DNA of 62,476 nucleotides from Alphaproteobacteria bacterium (GTDB lineage Bacteria; Pseudomonadota; Alphaproteobacteria; RF32; CAG-239): NCBI GenBank assembly GCA_031550205.1, contig JAVBOV010000040.1, positions 1 to 62,476 of the forward strand, read 5' to 3'. Shown piece by piece: positions 54,340 to 62,475 of this stretch (position 1 is its first letter; each line of letters starts with the position of its first letter). The notes under the pieces were generated by a model. It saw only the letters and a program-made list of their open reading frames with translations, ran no database searches and was not told where the DNA came from. The position numbers and the translations under genes were made by a program.

Positions 54340-54372
54340 GCTTATTCCCACCGCGTCATTATGAGGCATATT

Positions 54373-55011
54373 GTTGATTTTTCTCTGTTGAACGAAGTGA
54401 GCAGAGATAAAAAAATCAACATTAGACCTGACTCGAAATTGTTTTTTTATGTCATTTCGACGACTTGACCGAAGGGAATGAAGGAGAAATCTTATGCGTC
54501 GAGGTAGATTTCTCCTCCACTTACTACGTTCGCGTCGTCGAAATGACAACAGTTCTTAATTTTGAGACAGGTCTAATGTGCCGTGATAATCCAAGATGAA
54601 TTTGCAATATTATTCCGGTTGGATTGCCGCGCTTCCTCCTTCGCTCTTACAGAGCTACGGCGGACAGGTCGCTCACAATGACATTGATAGGTTATGTGGA
54701 TTAGTTTTTTTGTTTTTTTAGCAATCTGTTAAGAGATGGGTGGTATGGTGGGGGATAAGGATTTGTTGTTTGACCTGGATCCTCGGGTCAAGCCCGAGGA
54801 TGACAAATAAGGATAATTATTTTGGCTGGATTGCTTCGGCAAGCCTCGCAATGACGAAGAAAAAAAGGGCTCGCAATGATAATGTGGATGGGTGGCTTTG
54901 TCACCCCCACCCTAACCCTCCCCCATCAAGGGTGAGGGGAAAGTAAGGGGCTATCCTCCCCCATCAAGGGTGAGGGGAAAGAGTAGATCCTGAAACAAGT
55001 TCAGGATGACG
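54373..55011. repeat. Cluster of at least six different palindromic or short dispersed repeat elements
   Basis: GTTGATTTTTCTCTG..CAGAGATAAAAAAATCAAC (54373..54420). GTCATTTCGACGAC...GTCGTCGAAATGAC with an inner GGAGAAATCT/AGATTTCTCC pair (54451..54547). GGATTGCCGCGC...GCTCACAATGAC (54621..54682). TGACCTGGATCCTCGGGTCAAGCCCGAGGATGACA (54771..54805). GGATTGCTTCGGCAAGCCTCGCAATGAC (54827..54864). Tandem CCTCCCCCATCAAGGGTGAGGGGAAAG x2 (54918..54973). CCTGAAACAAGTTCAGGATGAC (54989..55010). Confidence 0.7.
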
Positions 55012-55056
55012 TGCGGATCGCGCAATGGCGGTTTTAGAGAGAAAGGACTAGAAGAT

Positions 55057-56022
55057 ATGGTTACGCTTAATGCAGTTAGTTTTTCAGATATTTATATTAC
55101 GCCGGAAAAGGTGGCTTATATTCCTGACGGACGCACCGAAAACGGGTTGGAGGTTTTTAAAGCCGACGATTTTGAGCAGTTTTATAATCTCTTGGAGCGC
55201 ACCTGGGACGGCAAAAACCCCAGCTATTCCGTGTTATATGAAAAATATTTTTACCGCGTTGAACGTTCAATGTCTCTTTACGGCGTACAATATTGCGCCC
55301 GCAGAATGCCGCAAAAAACTCCTTCTTTCAACACCCTTGGTTTTGACTTTGAACTGCAAAGATATTTAATGACGCTCAGCAATGCTTCCGGACTTATTCT
55401 GTGGTCGGGCCCGACCGGCGCCGGTAAAACAACCTCTATTTCCTCGCTTTTGAAAGAATATTTGACCATGGAAGGCGGATTTGCCTACACCATTGAAGAC
55501 CCCTCTGAAATGCCTTTAGACGGCGTTTATAAGTCTGCTGCAGGCGGAATCGGGCTATGCAAGCAAACCCTGCCGCCCAAAGGCAACTGGGGAGAAGGTT
55601 TGAAATCGGCCCTGCGCTCAAAACCGCGCTTTATTCTGGTGGGCGAGATTAGAACGCCAGACACCGCCAGCGAAGTGCTTAGAGCCGCAACATCAGGCCA
55701 CTTGGTACTTTCAACCATTCACGCCAACAATGTGACTGACGCAATTAACTCAGTGGTGAAATATGCCGCATCAACCTCAATGAGCGAAGAGCTTGCTTAT
55801 GATTTATTTTCTCGCGGAATGCTTGGCGTTTTGCACCAAACCTTGAACGGAACCAAAAGCAAAAAGCCGTCAATTTCCTTCCTGTTTGCAAATCCGGACA
55901 CGACCAAAGGCGACCAGGTGCGCGGCATTATTAAAACCGGAAAACTCAACCTGGCAACCCCGATTGAAACTCAAGCGAATCGTTTGGCACTTGGAAAGAG
56001 CATGTTCCCGGATTTAAGCTAG
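55057..56022 (+). CDS. PilT/BfpF-like secretion-superfamily ATPase (putative retraction ATPase)
   Basis: Walker A GPTGAGKTT, Asp box TIEDPSEMPL, Walker B RFILVGEIRTPD, His box GHLVLSTIHANN. About 320 aa, lacking the long N-domain of the assembly ATPase. The listed start 55006 lies inside repeat DNA; ATG 55057 is preferred. Confidence 0.75.
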   Translation: MVTLNAVSFSDIYITPEKVAYIPDGRTENGLEVFKADDFEQFYNLLERTWDGKNPSYSVLYEKYFYRVERSMSLYGVQYCARRMPQKTPSFNTLGFDFELQRYLMTLSNASGLILWSGPTGAGKTTSISSLLKEYLTMEGGFAYTIEDPSEMPLDGVYKSAAGGIGLCKQTLPPKGNWGEGLKSALRSKPRFILVGEIRTPDTASEVLRAATSGHLVLSTIHANNVTDAINSVVKYAASTSMSEELAYDLFSRGMLGVLHQTLNGTKSKKPSISFLFANPDTTKGDQVRGIIKTGKLNLATPIETQANRLALGKSMFPDLS

Positions 56023-56044
56023 CGAAGCTATTCACTCTTCACTT

Positions 56045-56683
56045 TTAAATCTCTTCCAGTTCGCCTGTCTTAATTTTATCTATATTCATGATTTTTTTGG
56101 GTTTGTATTTGTCGGCTTTGGCTTTGATGCCGTAAATATATTCAACAATTTCATCGTTTCCCCATTCGGCGGCGCCTTTGATGCGGCCGATTTCTTCGCC
56201 GTGTTTATTGACCATTACGGTATGAGGGAAGCTGAAAATGCCCAAATCTGAGGCCAAGGCACCCCTTTTGTCATTATAAAAATCGACGTCCGGAGCACCG
56301 CGCTTTTCTAAAAAGGCTTTTTCCTCATCTTTGGAACCCCATTCTCCGGCAGGAGAAATGAGCACCAACTTAATGCCGTTGTCTTTGGTTTTATTATGAA
56401 ACTCATTTAAGTCGTCAAGCTCTCTGATGCACGGACCGCAGGTGCGCGACCAAAAAACCGCCAGCACAAATTTGCCCTTGAAACCGCTGAGTTTATACGG
56501 TTTGCCGACGCGGTTATAAATTTCTGATTCAGGCACGGCGCGCGGAATGCTGTATACGTTGACGTTTTTTTCTTCAGCCAGAACTGAGGAAGCTGCGAAA
56601 ATAAAAGATGAGACTGCCACGGCCTGAAGGCCTCGCAATGACGTCTGTTTGATAAAAGCAAAAATAAATAAAATTTTTTTCAT
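56045..56683 (-). CDS. TlpA/ResA-like periplasmic thiol:disulfide oxidoreductase (thioredoxin fold)
   Basis: FKGKFVLAVFWSRTCGPCIRELDDL carries the CxxC motif. N-terminal signal region MKKILFIFAFIKQTSLRGLQAVAVSSFIFAASSVLA carries a repeat-derived insert. Confidence 0.75.
   Translation of the reverse strand: MKKILFIFAFIKQTSLRGLQAVAVSSFIFAASSVLAEEKNVNVYSIPRAVPESEIYNRVGKPYKLSGFKGKFVLAVFWSRTCGPCIRELDDLNEFHNKTKDNGIKLVLISPAGEWGSKDEEKAFLEKRGAPDVDFYNDKRGALASDLGIFSFPHTVMVNKHGEEIGRIKGAAEWGNDEIVEYIYGIKAKADKYKPKKIMNIDKIKTGELEEI
56612..56642. repeat. Palindromic ...CGCAATGAC-type element lying in-frame inside the TlpA-like signal peptide
   Basis: GACTGCCACGGCCTGAAGGCCTCGCAATGAC on the + strand. Read on the - strand it encodes TSLRGLQAVAV. 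Confidence 0.55.
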
Positions 56684-56751
56684 CTTGATAACTTGTTTTT
56701 AATATCCATTGGCGTTTAATAGGCTATATACTATTTGAAAAGGGTTAAAAA

Positions 56752-56877
56752 ATGAAAAACATTGTGAACATTCTTTTGGTGCTGGTTCTAATTTGCATTT
56801 TCTCCGCATGCGGCAGAACTTCTAAGCCGGAACCTCTGGAAGGCAGCGGATATCCGCACACGTATCCCAAAAGATAA
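56752..56877 (+). CDS. Small (41 aa) putative lipoprotein, below the ORF-track length cutoff
   Basis: ATG 56752 to TAA 56875..56877: MKNIVNILLVLVLICIFSACGRTSKPEPLEGSGYPHTYPKR. Lipobox IFSAC. Ends 9 nt before the vWA gene. Confidence 0.4.
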   Translation: MKNIVNILLVLVLICIFSACGRTSKPEPLEGSGYPHTYPKR

Positions 56878-56886
56878 AGGAGCTTT

Positions 56887-57579
56887 TTGATGATTTCGCA
56901 AGACGATTTTATTGATGATATGATTCCATATGTGGAATTTGCCGACAATGCCAACGAGCGAACTCCCTGCGTTTTGGTGTTGGACTGCTCCGGCTCTATG
57001 CGCGGCGAGCCGATTAAGCAGCTTAATGCCGGTTTGAAAGCTTTGGAAAAAGAGCTGAAAGAAGATATTGACGCCAGCTCGCGCGTGCAGCTTTTAATTA
57101 TTAAGGCGTTCGGCAAAGATGAGGCAGAGGTTTCTTCCGACTGGGTTGATGCGATGAACTTTAAGGCGCCGACCATGGAAGCCGGCGGACTGACCCCTTT
57201 GGGCAAAGCCATGGAGCTTGCTTTGCAAAAAATTGAAGAGCAAAAATGTTTGTATGATGCCTGCGGCGTGACTTCTAAGCGTCCGTGGATTTTTTTGATT
57301 TCCGACGGCGAACCGACGGATTATGACTGGGATATTGTGGCCGAAAAATGCCGCTATGCGCAGACCAACAAAAAAGTGGTGGTGCACGCGGTGGGAACCC
57401 AGGGCGCAAATTTGGAAAAGCTGGCCAAGTTTTCTTTGATGTCGCCAAAAAGGTTGACAGGCCTCCGGTTTACCGAGTTCTTTTTGTGGCTTTCCCGAAG
57501 CGTTTCCTGCATTTCCAAAGCTGCTCCGAATATTCCGGACATGTTAGAAGATATTGGCGACTGGAATGACGAAGAATAG
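56887..57579 (+). CDS. vWA-domain protein, TerY-like
   Basis: 230 aa. MIDAS motif VLDCSGSM, followed by EPIKQLNAGLKALEKELKED, GGLTPLGKAMELA and WIFLISDGEPTD. Confidence 0.75.
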   Translation: MMISQDDFIDDMIPYVEFADNANERTPCVLVLDCSGSMRGEPIKQLNAGLKALEKELKEDIDASSRVQLLIIKAFGKDEAEVSSDWVDAMNFKAPTMEAGGLTPLGKAMELALQKIEEQKCLYDACGVTSKRPWIFLISDGEPTDYDWDIVAEKCRYAQTNKKVVVHAVGTQGANLEKLAKFSLMSPKRLTGLRFTEFFLWLSRSVSCISKAAPNIPDMLEDIGDWNDEE

Positions 57580-58312
57580 AAAAATTATTGTTCGTTCGGT
57601 TAGAATTCAGGGACATGTTCACTCAGCCAAGGGTGTGCCTTGTCAGGATTATCATTCACACAATAATCGCGGCAAAAATTTTGTGGCAGTGGTTTCAGAC
57701 GGTGCGGGCAGCGCCAAGTTTGGCAAAATCGGCGCCAAGATAATCTGCGAGACAATGGTTGACATGCTTTCCAATGCCGATTTTAAGCAGATTAAACAAT
57801 GTGTGCTAAACGCGGTTAATTCTTCCCGAGAAAAACTTATTTGTCATCGTTTGAACAAAACAAAAGATGAAAAAGGCTTGAGCCTTTTTGCAGCTACTTT
57901 GGTGGGCGTGGTATATAACAGCAACAAGGGATATTTTTTTCATATCGGCGACGGAGCGGCGCTGGCTTTGAGGAGCGAATCGGTTGAAGGATTTGTGCTT
58001 TCCCGCCCCGAGAACGGCTGCTTTTCCTGCGAGACATTTTTTTATACGATGAATGATTGGAAAGCTTCCTTGCGTTTTACGCATTTGGGTAAAATAAATT
58101 CTTTGTTTTTAATGAGTGACGGTTTAACCAATTTTGCTTTCTCGCAAGATTTTAACAAGATTGAAGAAGGTTTTATTTTGCCGATTAATGATTTTCTTTC
58201 AAAAGAAAAAAATAAAACAAAGGCGGTGCGGGCTTTGGCCAACACGCTGAACACCGACCAAGCCAAGCGGCTTAATTCTGATGATAAAACTTTGGTGTGG
58301 GCCAAGCTATGA
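57566..58312 (+). CDS. PP2C-family Ser/Thr phosphatase-like protein
   Basis: GVPCQDYH, FVAVVSDGAGSAKFG, FFHIGDGAA and LFLMSDGL match the PP2C_2-like pattern. ATG 57566 overlaps the vWA gene end by 14 nt (the listed start is TTG 57554). Confidence 0.65.
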   Translation: MTKNRKIIVRSVRIQGHVHSAKGVPCQDYHSHNNRGKNFVAVVSDGAGSAKFGKIGAKIICETMVDMLSNADFKQIKQCVLNAVNSSREKLICHRLNKTKDEKGLSLFAATLVGVVYNSNKGYFFHIGDGAALALRSESVEGFVLSRPENGCFSCETFFYTMNDWKASLRFTHLGKINSLFLMSDGLTNFAFSQDFNKIEEGFILPINDFLSKEKNKTKAVRALANTLNTDQAKRLNSDDKTLVWAKL

Positions 58313-59751
58313 TTTATTATAATGCAATATACCCCAGCGGTCATTTTGAGCAGATTTTATTGGGCGATATGATTCACCGCGGAGGCGCTTCAGGCAAGAT
58401 ATTTTTGGTTGAGAATAAAGAAAACTCTGTTGCCAAGATTTTTCATGACACAAAAAAAAGCGCTACCAACCGCCAAAAACTAGAGAGTATGCTTTTAAAC
58501 CGGCCGGTGTTTCCGCCGGCGGTGCAAGACGGTGTGGAATATGTGCAGCTGGCCTGGCCGGACGCGCTTTTGGAAGATGAAAACGGGTTTTGCGTGGGTT
58601 ATTTGATGCCGCTGATACATATGGAACAGGCGGTCTCGCTGGACCATTTGATGCAAAAGGCAATCAGAAAAAAATTAGAACTGCCGGACAAGTATGCGTA
58701 CCGGGTTTTTGCGGCTTATAACACCGCCTCAATGGTGAGCGCGCTGCATTCCAAGGGGCATTATGTGGTGGATTTGAAGCCGTCGAACGTTTCGGTTTAT
58801 AAGGCCAATATGATGGTGGCAATGGTGGACTGCGACGGCTTTTCAATTAAGGGCGAAAAGAATCGCTACCCGGCGGAGTTTGTGAGCGAGGAATATATTT
58901 ACCCCGAGGGGATGGATTTATCTTGTGAGGAAATGGGCGAGGAGCAGGATAAGTTTGCTCTGGCGGTGATGATTTTTAAATTGCTTAATAATGGCATTCA
59001 CCCGTTTTCAGGCGTGCCTAGAAAGCCAAGCGAGGAGATGCTGACCATTCAGCAGCGAATCGAGAAATATCATTATGCATACGGCTTATGGCCGGACGCT
59101 TATCAGGCGCCGCACCCCTATTCTATTCATGAATATTTTCATAAAAAAACTTTGGAGCTTTTCGAGCGGGCTTTTGTTAAGGGGGCGGTTCGGCCGAGCG
59201 CTAATGAGTGGAAAGAACATTTGTGGCAGCTTTTGCAGAATTTGAAGATTTGCAAAAAGAATTCGAATCATGTTTATTTTACCTCTAAGGGCTGCGGTTT
59301 GTGCGTGGCCGACCAGAAGTTTGATGAGCGGCTTAGCAATGTGAAGATTAAGAAAGAAACGCCGCAGACGGTTCGCGGCATGGAGCTTTCAGAGATTTCG
59401 GTTGAAAAAAACATTCAGAACCGGCAGGAAAAGACGCTTAAAGATATTAGGCTCAGAAATGCATCTTTGAGCGGCTTGGCGGTTTATATGCTGTTTTTTA
59501 CGTTTTTGTTTAAGATGATTCAGCCTTTTAAGGAAAGCATTGCCTCGATGGGCTTTGGTTTGCAGATGATTGGGGTGACGCTGTTGATGGCGGGGATTAA
59601 CCTGCTGATTAAAAAATTTGCGACAAAGCTGCCGATTTTGCAGAACAAGGCTTTGATGCAGGCGGTGCAGGTATATGCACTGATTTGCATGATTATTGCG
59701 CTGGTGTCGATTAATGAGCTGCCGAAGGGGATGTTTGCTTTGGCGCTTTAG
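58309..59751 (+). CDS. Ser/Thr protein kinase-like protein with C-terminal transmembrane helices
   Basis: Gly-loop GGASGKIFLV, Lys VAKIF, catalytic loop YVVDLKPSNV, DFG-like MVDCDGF. Three C-terminal hydrophobic helices. ATG 58309 overlaps the PP2C stop (ATGA). Confidence 0.7.
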   Translation: MIYYNAIYPSGHFEQILLGDMIHRGGASGKIFLVENKENSVAKIFHDTKKSATNRQKLESMLLNRPVFPPAVQDGVEYVQLAWPDALLEDENGFCVGYLMPLIHMEQAVSLDHLMQKAIRKKLELPDKYAYRVFAAYNTASMVSALHSKGHYVVDLKPSNVSVYKANMMVAMVDCDGFSIKGEKNRYPAEFVSEEYIYPEGMDLSCEEMGEEQDKFALAVMIFKLLNNGIHPFSGVPRKPSEEMLTIQQRIEKYHYAYGLWPDAYQAPHPYSIHEYFHKKTLELFERAFVKGAVRPSANEWKEHLWQLLQNLKICKKNSNHVYFTSKGCGLCVADQKFDERLSNVKIKKETPQTVRGMELSEISVEKNIQNRQEKTLKDIRLRNASLSGLAVYMLFFTFLFKMIQPFKESIASMGFGLQMIGVTLLMAGINLLIKKFATKLPILQNKALMQAVQVYALICMIIALVSINELPKGMFALAL

Positions 59752-59790
59752 GGAAGCGGTCAGAGGCAGTGACACGGATGGTTTGTTGAA

Positions 59791-59830
59791 CCCCTCACCC
59801 TAGCCCTCTCCCGCAGGGGGAGAGGGGAAA
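59791..59830. repeat. C/G-rich hairpin element CCCCTCACCCTAGCCCTCTCCCGCAGGGGGAGAGGGG
   Basis: Stem CCCTCTCCC/GGGAGAGGG. Related to the tandem CCTCCCCCATCAAGGGTGAGGGG units at 54918..54973. Lies just after the kinase gene. Confidence 0.55.
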
Positions 59831-59906
59831 AAAGGCTTGATTTTGACAAAAATTGTGGTAACGTGGGGTTTAGTTAAAATAAGTATTAATTTAAATTATT
59901 ATAATT

Positions 59907-60581
59907 ATGAAAGGTAAAACATTACTCGGATTGTATGAAGGTTTGCAAGACGGAAAGACTTGGCTGACAAACCTTGAAAAAATTATTTATCATGACTGGC
60001 TGATTGTACTGGTTCAAGACACTGTGGACGAAGACGATGAAATGGCCAAGAAGATGAAATTTGCTTATATATGCAAAAACGATGAGCGATTTAAACGCGA
60101 TGACAATGTGCATTTCTCCATCGACTTTTCTTATCTTGGTTATAAGTTTTTGGACTTTTGCGCAGCTTTCAAACACCGTACAATGCCCGGATATGCCTAT
60201 AGGATTGTGTTTGAGAATGGCGCAGAAGCTAGAGCAGATGATTATAGCATACTGGCAGACGGCATTCTGACTTATGGTGAAGGACGAAAGCCGGCGTATA
60301 TTAAGTATGACAAAGAAGGCAAAGAGGTTGTCAAGTTTCCTGATGAATGCGGCAAATTGGAAAAGATTAAAGGGAATTTTATTGTTTTTGAAAATGATAA
60401 AAAGTATTTCCTTTTTAACAATTTGACCAATGCTTGGGCGGTTCATTCGCCTTCGTCTGCGATGAAAACTACCGGCATTAAGTTTCGCGATTTTTATGTT
60501 GAGGTTGAATGCTTGGTTGACGGAACGCAGAAAGCCTTCTTATTTGATGCCGAAGGCAGACAAATGAACAAGATTGAGTAG
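59907..60581 (+). CDS. Hypothetical cytoplasmic protein
   Basis: 224 aa ORF. AT-rich, no recognisable motif, bounded by repeat elements on both sides. Confidence 0.4.
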   Translation: MKGKTLLGLYEGLQDGKTWLTNLEKIIYHDWLIVLVQDTVDEDDEMAKKMKFAYICKNDERFKRDDNVHFSIDFSYLGYKFLDFCAAFKHRTMPGYAYRIVFENGAEARADDYSILADGILTYGEGRKPAYIKYDKEGKEVVKFPDECGKLEKIKGNFIVFENDKKYFLFNNLTNAWAVHSPSSAMKTTGIKFRDFYVEVECLVDGTQKAFLFDAEGRQMNKIE

Positions 60582-60642
60582 CAAAAAACAAACCCCTTAT
60601 CAGTTTAGAGACTGGTGAGGGGTTTGGTTTTGCCTTGATTCT

Positions 60643-60729
60643 GTCATCCTCGGGCTTGACCCGAATATCCAAGTTTAAAAATCGGCTATATGGTTGACCT
60701 GGATCCTCGGGTCAAGCCCGAGGATGACA
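60643..60729. repeat. MITE-like element of about 87 bp with 21-nt terminal inverted repeats GTCATCCTCGGGCTTGACCCG
   Basis: The left arm 60643..60663 is the reverse complement of the right arm 60709..60729. The right 35 nt (60695..60729) is identical to 54771..54805. Confidence 0.65.
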
Positions 60730-60873
60730 TAGAGGGAGACGAGGATGACATAAAGGGTGGGTGGGAGGAGGTAAAATTAGAAAAAATTCTACACAAATTG
60801 ATTTTTTTGTGGTATAGAATTGAGTTGAGTGTTCACTTTAAGGACTAAATATTTGAAAAAACTTAATCCGATT

Positions 60874-62241
60874 ATGATTTCCGGCAAAGAAGTTTTGCCG
60901 CTGATTGAGGGCGGAAAAGGCATTAATGCCTCTGACGGCCGCTCCTCGGGCGCTTGGGCGCACGAAAACTGTGTGGGAACTTTCTCAGGGGTTGCTCCGG
61001 ACTATTATGACAGCCTTGGCAACCGCATTAAAGAAGTGTTTTATAAGGCAGCCCGACGCGACCGGCAGGCCGAGATGATTGAGCAATCAATTAAGGGCGG
61101 CGTGGCTCAAGCCCAGGTGGCTCACGAGATTTCTAACGGCAATGGCCGCATTCATATGAACATGCTTTGGGAACTGGGCGGCTCAGAGGCAATTTTAAAC
61201 GGTGTTTTTGAAAGAACCAAAGGCATTTTGCACGGCGTTACCTGCGGTGCCGGCATGCCCTTTAAACTTGGCGAAATGGCCTCTAAATTCGGCGTCTATT
61301 ATTACCCTATTGTATCTTCAGCCCGCGCCTGGCAGATTTTGTGGAAGCGCGCTTTCAGCAATTTTAAAGAGTTCTTAGGCGGCGTGGTTTATGAAGACCC
61401 GTGGCTGGCCGGCGGACACAACGGATTGTCTAACGCCGAAAACCCGGAAATGCCCGAAACTCCTTATCAGCGCTTGGCAGCCTTGCGCGCATCGCTAAAC
61501 GAAATGGGGTTAAAAGAAACCCCGATTATTTTGGCCGGCGGCATTTGGAATCTTAGCGAATGGGAAAATTATATTGATAACCCGGAGATTGGCAAAATTG
61601 CCTTCCAGTTCGGCACCCGTCCGATGGTGACCAAAGAAAGCCCTATTTCCGAAGCCTGGCAAAAGCTGATGCTTAATTTGAAAAAAGGCGATGTAATTTT
61701 GCAAAAATTCAGCCCGACCGGTTTCTTTTCTTCAGCCATTAAAAACACTTTCTTAGAAAGGCTTATGGCCAGAAAAGACGGCGAAGTGGCTTTCAGCACC
61801 GAGAAATCTGAAGAGTTTTCTCATCCGTTGGCGGTTAGCGACACCAAAACTATTTATATTAAATCGGCTGATAAGGAAAAAGCCGATAAGCAGCTTGCGG
61901 CCGGGTATACCGAGATTAAGGAAACGCCAGACAACACGGTGGTGTTTATGACCACTGATGAATGGGTGCAAATGCTGCAAGATCGCAAAGAATGTGTGGG
62001 CTGTTTGTCGCAGTGTCAGTTTTCAAGCTGGGCGCAAGCCAACGGCACAACCGGCAGACTTCCCGACCCGCGTTCTTATTGCATTCACAAGACCCTTTAT
62101 GACGTGAGCCACGGAGGCAGCGTTAAAGACAATCTTTTGTTTGCCGGACATCAGGTTTATCGCTTTGCTACCGACCCGCTATACCGCAACGGAATTCCTT
62201 CAGTTAAGGAATTGATTGAGAAGATTAAGAGCGGAGAGTAA
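60874..62241 (+). CDS. Nitronate monooxygenase / NAD(P)H-dependent flavin oxidoreductase family protein
   Basis: PLIEGGKGINAS, VTCGAGMPFK, EDPWLAGGHNG, IILAGGIWN and FQFGTRPMVTKESP follow the NMO (FMN TIM-barrel) pattern. The listed GTG start is 60829; ATG 60874 (MISGKEV) is an alternative. Confidence 0.6.
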   Translation: MISGKEVLPLIEGGKGINASDGRSSGAWAHENCVGTFSGVAPDYYDSLGNRIKEVFYKAARRDRQAEMIEQSIKGGVAQAQVAHEISNGNGRIHMNMLWELGGSEAILNGVFERTKGILHGVTCGAGMPFKLGEMASKFGVYYYPIVSSARAWQILWKRAFSNFKEFLGGVVYEDPWLAGGHNGLSNAENPEMPETPYQRLAALRASLNEMGLKETPIILAGGIWNLSEWENYIDNPEIGKIAFQFGTRPMVTKESPISEAWQKLMLNLKKGDVILQKFSPTGFFSSAIKNTFLERLMARKDGEVAFSTEKSEEFSHPLAVSDTKTIYIKSADKEKADKQLAAGYTEIKETPDNTVVFMTTDEWVQMLQDRKECVGCLSQCQFSSWAQANGTTGRLPDPRSYCIHKTLYDVSHGGSVKDNLLFAGHQVYRFATDPLYRNGIPSVKELIEKIKSGE

Positions 62242-62247
62242 AAAAAA

Positions 62248-62270
62248 GGAGCCAAACGGCTCCTTTTTTT
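62248..62270. terminator. Bidirectional Rho-independent terminator between convergent genes
   Basis: GGAGCC (62248..62253), loop AAAC, GGCTCC (62258..62263). A7 upstream and T7 downstream. Confidence 0.8.
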
Positions 62271-62310
62271 AGTGGTCAGGGGCAGTGGCCGGTGGTCTGT
62301 GATGGAAAAT

Positions 62311-62475
62311 TTATTCTATGACTTCTTTGTTGTATAGGCCGAATAGACTGGTGCGGGGGAGCCAGCCGGTGATGTCATCGAATCTGATTTGGCAAAAGGC
62401 GCTTTCTTCAGGACAACGCTTAATCTCTCCGACCACGCCGTCTTCAACTTTGGCAATGATTTTTGATTTTGAGTC
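62311..62475 (-). CDS. C-terminal fragment of an SH3-like (bacterial SH3/DUF1058-type) protein; the 5' end is outside the window
   Basis: The reverse strand is open from the window edge to TAA (62311..62313): DSKSKIIAKVEDGVVGEIKRCPEESAFCQIRFDDITGWLPRTSLFGLYNKEVIE. The pattern C..C.v....GWl....L.G matches bacterial SH3 domains. Not in the ORF track because no start codon lies in the window. Confidence 0.45.
   Translation of the reverse strand, partial: DSKSKIIAKVEDGVVGEIKRCPEESAFCQIRFDDITGWLPRTSLFGLYNKEVIE

Noticed and set aside
54292-54946. ORFs 54292..54549 (-) and 54740..54946 (+) in the pilin/pilT spacer
   Set aside because: Both are translations of palindromic elements (SFRRRERSKWRRNL..., WIASASLAMTKKKRARNDN, PHPNPPPSRVRGK). 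There is no RBS and no coding-like composition.
52930-55011. Possible CRISPR array suggested by many short palindromic repeats
   Set aside because: The repeats belong to several unrelated families, have irregular spacing and orientation, and lack a constant repeat/spacer period. No cas genes are seen. They are MITE/REP-like elements.
56745-57212. 155-aa minus-strand ORF overlapping the start of the vWA gene
   Set aside because: It is antisense to a vWA gene with a clear MIDAS motif and to the small lipoprotein ORF, and it has no motifs of its own.
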